NCBI GenBank assembly: GCA_963702095.1
Contig: OY969706.1
Coordinates: 1,152,001 to 1,216,000 of the forward strand
Direction: 5' to 3'
Source: Candidatus Bathyarchaeota archaeon
GTDB lineage: Archaea; Thermoproteota; Bathyarchaeia; Bathyarchaeales; Bathycorpusculaceae
DNA length: 64,000 bases
This document shows, in pieces, positions 58,465 to 64,000 of the stretch. The notes below the pieces were generated by a model. It saw only the letters and a list, made by a program, of their open reading frames with translations. It had not been told where the DNA came from and did not search any database. Made by a program: the position numbers and the translations under genes. Every line of letters starts with the position of its first letter. Position 1 is the stretch's first letter.

Positions 58465-59913
58465 CTATCTTGGCATTACAGCCAAAAATGGTTCAGGCTC
58501 CATCTGCACTGTCGCAAACACGGCTAGCGCGATACTCCAAAAGACGTCGTCGTGGGTGCCGTTTGGGTGAGAGTAGCCTATGGCGCCATCTTTGCGATGG
58601 TCATAGCGTTCAACGTTTAGCTCTGTGCAAAGGTCGCCTCTGTATGGGCGTTCCCAATTCAGCAGCGGATAGTAGAATTTGCCGCTAGACATGCGTTGTT
58701 TGAGTAGGCTTGCCATTTCGCTTTTTCTGGGGACGCTAAAGTTGACGCCTTCAGCGTTTTCTATGCCGGATGTTTGCATGTCGGCTATGATGCTTGGGCC
58801 TTCTCGGGTGAAGTCTACTCGGATTTTTTGGAATCCACCCCCGCGATCCTGCAGCGCCTTGAGGTAGCCAAGGACTTGGGCATAGAGTGTGGGCTGCTGA
58901 AAAATCTTCAAATGCCTCAAAAGCAGCTTATCATTTAGACGCTCGATGATTGCAAGTACGCAATAGTCTCGGGTTTGGGCTAAATCTAGTCCAGCAAAGA
59001 ACTCTCCTTCACAGGTTACTTCTGGGTTAAACTCTTGCAGGTCCTCCCCACAATTCTTCGCAGTACCAATGCAACTAACGATTAGGCTTTGTGCTAGCCA
59101 GGTATCTTCGTCTTCAGCCCAATCAGCCTCCATCTCTCGACGCCACCGCTGAGCGTCATCCCCGAACTGGCGTTTAATCTTCTCAACAATACCCGGCTTT
59201 AGTGGGCCGTTGGGTTCAAGGGCGTCGTTCCAGCGTACGTGTGAGCCGGCGAAGTCTTCGTAGTCTTTGTGGTTGCACATCTTCCAAAACAGCGAATCAT
59301 TATTCCAAGGAGTAGACGTCGCTATGAGCTTGCCGTTGGTTGTTCCCAAGGTGAATAGAATAGCGTCATAGAGCTCCTCGTCGTTGGGCAAGAAATTGCA
59401 CTCTTCGATCCAGATGACTTTGAATGTTGGACCTCTGATGGTATCGGGGTTGTTGGGGAAGGCTTCTATCATGCTTCCGTTGGGCAGGCTGACTCGGGTT
59501 TTCTGTACATGCAAGCCCTGCTGAGCGGGGAGTTTTCTGCAGAAGCCGCCTATGCGCCTGATGTTTAGCTTAGTTTGGCGCCAGCTGGGACCTACGATGG
59601 CTATGTAGCTGTCTGGGTGCTCCAGTGCATATTTGAGGATCAACGCTGAAACGCTAAAGCTTTTGCCGGTTTGGCGTGCCCAGCGTACCGCGGTGAATTG
59701 GTTTTTCTCAAACATCTCTGCTAACTCAAGCTGGTATTTGTAGGGTGTAAAGCCAAAAATCTGCTCAAAAAAGCCCTTAACATCACCCCTCAAGGCGTCA
59801 ACTTGGCTCTCAGTGGATTTTTCTATAGCTGCCACGTCTTCCCAGAGCTTGGTGTACTCTGAAAACAACTTATTTGGATGAAGTGCCCTTGCCTTTTTTT
59901 CTGAGCGCCTCAT
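58465..59913 (-). CDS. Terminase large subunit
   Basis: Walker A ARQTGKS, Walker B IWIEE, TSTP, nuclease GLDLA..D and HDD. Confidence 0.88.
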   Translation of the reverse strand: MRRSEKKARALHPNKLFSEYTKLWEDVAAIEKSTESQVDALRGDVKGFFEQIFGFTPYKYQLELAEMFEKNQFTAVRWARQTGKSFSVSALILKYALEHPDSYIAIVGPSWRQTKLNIRRIGGFCRKLPAQQGLHVQKTRVSLPNGSMIEAFPNNPDTIRGPTFKVIWIEECNFLPNDEELYDAILFTLGTTNGKLIATSTPWNNDSLFWKMCNHKDYEDFAGSHVRWNDALEPNGPLKPGIVEKIKRQFGDDAQRWRREMEADWAEDEDTWLAQSLIVSCIGTAKNCGEDLQEFNPEVTCEGEFFAGLDLAQTRDYCVLAIIERLNDKLLLRHLKIFQQPTLYAQVLGYLKALQDRGGGFQKIRVDFTREGPSIIADMQTSGIENAEGVNFSVPRKSEMASLLKQRMSSGKFYYPLLNWERPYRGDLCTELNVERYDHRKDGAIGYSHPNGTHDDVFWSIALAVFATVQMEPEPFLAVMPR

Positions 59914-60310
59914 ATTTTTGTCTCAACTCCACTAATTCAGCTTCGATTTTACGGTAACGCACATACTCGGCAAACCTCTTCTGATACACCTTAGCTCCAG
60001 CGATGATTCCCCGCAACCGCAAAACCTCCGCCTTATCTATACCCGGCTCTTGCAGTGCCGCTATTGCGGCGGCCAGGTACTTTAGCATCGTCTCAACGCT
60101 TGGCAGGTCTTTGAAAGAAGAAGAGCAAATTTTTCCACCTTCTTCTTCTCTTAACATCAATCCTAAATCCAGCAGCTTTTGGTAGATGGCGTTTTGGCGA
60201 TACTTGAATTCTAAACTAAACGCTAAAACAGCATAGTCGGTGATGCCTGAAGTGTACCAGTTTTTGAGCCTCTTCTCATCCTCTATTGGCCAAGGTTTGC
60301 CTTTAGTCAT
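59870..60310 (-). CDS. Hypothetical protein, positional candidate for terminase small subunit
   Basis: Overlaps the terL start; N-terminal W..E.E..L HTH-like, C-terminal coiled coil. Confidence 0.55.
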   Translation of the reverse strand: MTKGKPWPIEDEKRLKNWYTSGITDYAVLAFSLEFKYRQNAIYQKLLDLGLMLREEEGGKICSSSFKDLPSVETMLKYLAAAIAALQEPGIDKAEVLRLRGIIAGAKVYQKRFAEYVRYRKIEAELVELRQKYEALRKKGKGTSSK

Positions 60311-60627
60311 GCTTTTTGCCCCACAAACAACCCTACCACAGTCCCACTTAAGCCAGCTATGGCAGCGAAAACCTCAGGGTTCCAAGTATGCAACACCATT
60401 AAGTGGGCAATCTCTAAAGCAGACATAAAAGCGGTCATGCCAATGGCAAACTTTACTCCTAAAACCAGATTATCATTTGGCTCTTCAACTAGTACAGGAT
60501 GCCCCGGACACCGCCGCCTGCGTGTTAGGGCGCGTCTAATGGGCCTGCCATCGACACTTAGCCTCTGCTGAAACATTGCACTTCTAAAGGTTCTGGGACG
60601 ATTCATTGTCCGGTGCCCGCCCATCAT
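60307..60627 (-). CDS. Small 2-TM protein (holin-like size); true start uncertain
   Basis: Basic N-terminus plus two TM helices. Confidence 0.5.
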   Translation of the reverse strand: MMGGHRTMNRPRTFRSAMFQQRLSVDGRPIRRALTRRRRCPGHPVLVEEPNDNLVLGVKFAIGMTAFMSALEIAHLMVLHTWNPEVFAAIAGLSGTVVGLFVGQKA

Positions 60628-60974
60628 GAAACTGTTAACAAGTTTGCCAGCCGAATCCGTTGGAATGTGTTCTTTAACGAGAACTTCTACGCCTAAGCCC
60701 AGCCGATCGGAATGGCAGTGTAGTCTAAGTCAAATAGGCCATCAGAGTAGCGAAAGCTGTTTTGTGCAATTACGATATGCTTGACTCGGTCGCCAATTAA
60801 CCCAACAAATATGCCCCAACTCTTAACTGGAACATCAATCGCCATGCCTGAACCGGAGCTTTTGCCAACGGAGGCATCGCACCATTCAACAGCGATTAAG
60901 TCTCCGGGTGAAACGTTTTCTAAAGCTGTAAGTACTTGTTTTGTTTGTTTTGACAAAGATGCCCTCTCTTGCAT
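60540..60974 (-). CDS. Hypothetical proviral protein, probably frameshifted ~60694
   Basis: GDLIAVEWCDAS..; reading continues in another frame (VEVLVKEHIP..). Confidence 0.5.
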
Positions 60975-61680
60975 ATAGCAAAGACAAGGAGCAGAGCTTG
61001 CCCATAAAAAAGATTCTGCCCATAAATAACAGCTAAAAAACAGCAGAACAGATGATTACAAAATACAAGAAACTGATAGTGCGAGCTTGGGTTTGCTGGG
61101 GCTCTGGAACTGCTGTATATGTCCTAAACGCATGGAAAAAGCCGCAACAACAATACCCCGCAATAACACCGCAACAAGCCCTTACCTCTTTTCTGATGGA
61201 AAACAGCGCGGTTAATGCGGCTTTTTTGCATACAGTCGGTTTTCGCTTATGGTGAAAAAAAGGAAAAAGGTTGATTCGTACGAATATTTTACTTAAAAAT
61301 ATTTATGTTATTGTTAACAATAAAATTAAATCTTTTTCTACCATGCAATCATCCTTAAATTCGGAAAGCCCTACAACACTGGCTGAAAATATCCGGAAAA
61401 ATCTAACAGCCGCTTTTTTAACCTCGATATATGTTTACATTAACATATTGTTTCACATATTTTAGAGCAATATTTGCAAAGTGTTATCCTTTGAAACGAT
61501 AGTTAATTTTCCCAATAGGGAGTTTTGAAAAAGGGGGCGCTAAGGTTTATGGCTGATTTTTTGTTTACAACTGACTAGGAGGTATATGCTTTTAGCGGCA
61601 AAATATTTGGCATATAAAAAATCTATCCATGTGTAACTAGTCATTTGAATCTAACCTTGTTGTATACGTTTTAATATCTC

Positions 61681-61929
61681 ATGAGACCCCTTCAACTCTA
61701 TCAGGAGATGGCTAAAATGGGTGAACAACAACCGATGAATCAACCAATAAATAGAAAGAAAAACCAAGCAGTAATTTTAGGTTTAATCGGAATAATCTTA
61801 GCATTAGCAGGTGTGGGAATAATCGCTGTCCCTAATGTGCTGCGAGGATCAGGTTTAGGGACAATATCGCTTGTCCTGGGAATCCTAATCCTTGTGTTAG
61901 CGCTGTTCCGGTTTAGTGTACGGCGCTAA
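61681..61929 (+). CDS. Small 2-TM protein
   Basis: Two hydrophobic helices. Confidence 0.55.
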   Translation: MRPLQLYQEMAKMGEQQPMNQPINRKKNQAVILGLIGIILALAGVGIIAVPNVLRGSGLGTISLVLGILILVLALFRFSVRR

Positions 61930-61958
61930 TAAATGTAAGTTAATGCTTATATGCAAGC

Positions 61959-62621
61959 TTGGGGGCTTTCATGATGACAAACTTAGTTAGTAACAAGAAT
62001 GCCATCTCAACAGCTGTAATAGCACTTGTAGTAATAGTTGTGGTCGCTGCTGTTGCTGGTGGAATTTATTTTGCCACAATACAAAATGCATCACTATCAC
62101 CATCTCCATCTAAATCGCCTACTCCATCAGCGCCAGTATCTACTCCGTCAGCATCAACTACACCAGCAGTAACCCCATCCTTAACTCCAACGACATCATC
62201 TTCACCCGCAACTAGCGTCACAGGAGCGTCGAGTCTACAGTACAGCGTAGATATCAGCCAAGACACAGCAGGCGCGCTACGAGGAACCTACACGTATTAC
62301 GGAAAGAATCTTGGAACATCCTCCACCATGATGCGAATTGAATTTAATGACCCATTAAATCCCGGGTTGGCAACTATCATAATTGTAAACGGAGCACTTC
62401 AACAGGCTTGGTATTATTCAGATCGAAAATGGACAGACACTTCTGCATCGTACACCACTTACTACAACACTCAAAACCAAGTTTGGCAAGGATACATGGC
62501 CTATCTAGCTGGGTGGAATGGCGTAGGAGACTACAGCTACACCATCGGCGCCGCTACCGTCAGAATCTACGACATCAGCGTTAATCCAGCGCTACCCGAT
62601 TCTCTATTCCAACATAGTTAA
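61959..62621 (+). CDS. Surface protein with class III (pilin-like) signal peptide and S/T/P linker
   Basis: NKNA/ISTAVIALVVIVVVAAVAGG followed by SPSPS..TP repeats. Confidence 0.7.
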   Translation: MGAFMMTNLVSNKNAISTAVIALVVIVVVAAVAGGIYFATIQNASLSPSPSKSPTPSAPVSTPSASTTPAVTPSLTPTTSSSPATSVTGASSLQYSVDISQDTAGALRGTYTYYGKNLGTSSTMMRIEFNDPLNPGLATIIIVNGALQQAWYYSDRKWTDTSASYTTYYNTQNQVWQGYMAYLAGWNGVGDYSYTIGAATVRIYDISVNPALPDSLFQHS

Positions 62622-62653
62622 GGGCCAAAAGGCAAAATAACAGCCCTTTTTTC

Positions 62654-63010
62654 TTATTTTATGGAAGACAAGACAACAATGCCGCTTAGAGAGTTTTGGA
62701 TTATGTTTTGACTGACAACTATACCTGATGAGTTCTCGATCGTTATGCCTGAAACGCAAGAGTCGAAGGTCACGTTAGTCACTGTTACGTTATGCATGCC
62801 CTCGACATAGATGCCGGGAAGCCACCCGATAGGCGACATCAAAGTCTGAGTGTCAACGGAGGGTTTGGTGATGGTGAAGCCGTTGCCATCCAAAAGAATT
62901 TCGGAGCGTTGGATTTCGACAGTGTTGTTTATGTTGTCCGTCAGCATGTAGGTGCTTTCAACCTGCTTTATGGGCGCTGTCTGCCTCTTGCTGCAGCCCA
63001 TGCATAACAT
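62654..63010 (-). pseudogene. NosD-like beta-helix gene fragment
   Basis: YMLTDNI...I.IQRS.I.LDGNGFT typical of the N-terminal part; no signal peptide, ends abruptly. Confidence 0.55.
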
Positions 63011-64000
63011 TAGGTACGAATATGTGATAAAAAGTTTAAACTAAACTGTTTAGAGATTCTCCGATGCCTCCAGTAGAGCACTAAAGAAATTGCGAGGATT
63101 ACAATCACAATGGCTGCCACAAGTGCCGTGGGCATAGTTACATCTGCTACCCCTTTCTTATCCGTCGGGTCTACTGAGAAAGTTACTTGCTGAGACAGGG
63201 CATTTCCATAATTATCGTTACTAAAGATAGTCAACGTGTGGTTTCCTGCTGCTAAATTGCTAAGGGTAGTATTTCCCGTATAAGCTACCTTGTCTTTGTC
63301 ATCTAAACGGTAGGTAATAGAGTAGGGCTCAATAACTGTTAAGTTCAATAGTAAACTGGTACCCGCTACAGTAGCGTTTTGTGGTGAATTCATGTTTAGA
63401 ATCGGTGAACCCCAGGGATACATTAACGGATAGGCATCAAAATGTGTGTTATTGTCAAACGGGAGGTGGGTTCCCATATAGGTTTTCCCAATCTTGTATT
63501 CCTGAATAAGGTAGGGTGAGTCGCCTATGCCATCTTGGTTTAGGTCTGAGCCATTGTAGTCATTCCAATAGTTTTTGTTACAGCTTCCAAAGGTTCCTTC
63601 CAGTGTTGCCTGCCCAAAAATGATGTCTTGAACCATAGGGTCAGGATCTTTAGGTTCATTGCTGTGGGCTCTAAAGTTAGATATGAAATTGTTTTGGGTT
63701 ATGCTCATTTCTAAACTGCGGCCCAAAGTCCCCCAAGCCTTAACACCTGCTAAGCCATTGTTCACCAAGTTATTTTCTGAAATTAACTCATAATTACAGT
63801 AGAAAGCTACGATTCCATTTTCTTGATTGCCTACAATATTGTTATAGCTAATTTTGTTGTGTTGAGATCCATAAAGCCATATGCCATCATGCGTGTTATG
63901 CATTATGCTGTTATAGCTTATCTGATTGTAGTCACAAGGTCTAACATATGCACTAAAAGGGTTGCCTCTTAGAACTATGCCATATGAGTTGTTTATCAAT
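63010..64000 (-). CDS. NosD-like beta-helix surface protein (5' truncated by window edge)
   Basis: Asn-rich repeats, NYWNDYNGSD.N.DGIGDSPY, Ig-like domain, TM anchor. Confidence 0.8.
   Translation of the reverse strand, partial: LINNSYGIVLRGNPFSAYVRPCDYNQISYNSIMHNTHDGIWLYGSQHNKISYNNIVGNQENGIVAFYCNYELISENNLVNNGLAGVKAWGTLGRSLEMSITQNNFISNFRAHSNEPKDPDPMVQDIIFGQATLEGTFGSCNKNYWNDYNGSDLNQDGIGDSPYLIQEYKIGKTYMGTHLPFDNNTHFDAYPLMYPWGSPILNMNSPQNATVAGTSLLLNLTVIEPYSITYRLDDKDKVAYTGNTTLSNLAAGNHTLTIFSNDNYGNALSQQVTFSVDPTDKKGVADVTMPTALVAAIVIVILAISLVLYWRHRRISKQFSLNFLSHIRT

Noticed and set aside
1-64000. CRISPR array or cas genes
   Set aside because: No regularly spaced direct repeats or cas-like ORFs seen

Overview
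Archaeal chromosomal window, probably Bathyarchaeia. That call is inferred from gene content: archaeal LeuRS, Dph5, ApgM, CTP-dependent riboflavin kinase, extended Rpo5 and many Kelch/NosD surface proteins. Most of it is housekeeping and metabolic genes. The strongest candidate for an undescribed system is at 52.8-55.3 kb. It has a polyprenyl-synthase homologue that has lost its IPP-binding motifs (ComQ-like), an unannotated 12-aa peptide ending in Trp (MKAQKIIRSLGW) with its own RBS, promoter and tandem operator, and a divergent MFS-like membrane protein. This resembles an archaeal ComQX-type prenylated-peptide signalling or RiPP cassette. Other notable items: (1) two cargo-carrying IS6-family transposons with visible terminal IRs and target duplications, one stacked against a second element end and one carrying a methyltransferase-Mrr fusion and a non-canonical tRNA; (2) a dispersed ~130-bp intergenic repeat family; (3) a candidate structured ncRNA; (4) an Hhe-like defence helicase; (5) a decayed terminase-bearing provirus. 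Several single-base frameshifts in conserved genes suggest assembly indel errors. All calls come from reading the sequence; no searches were run.
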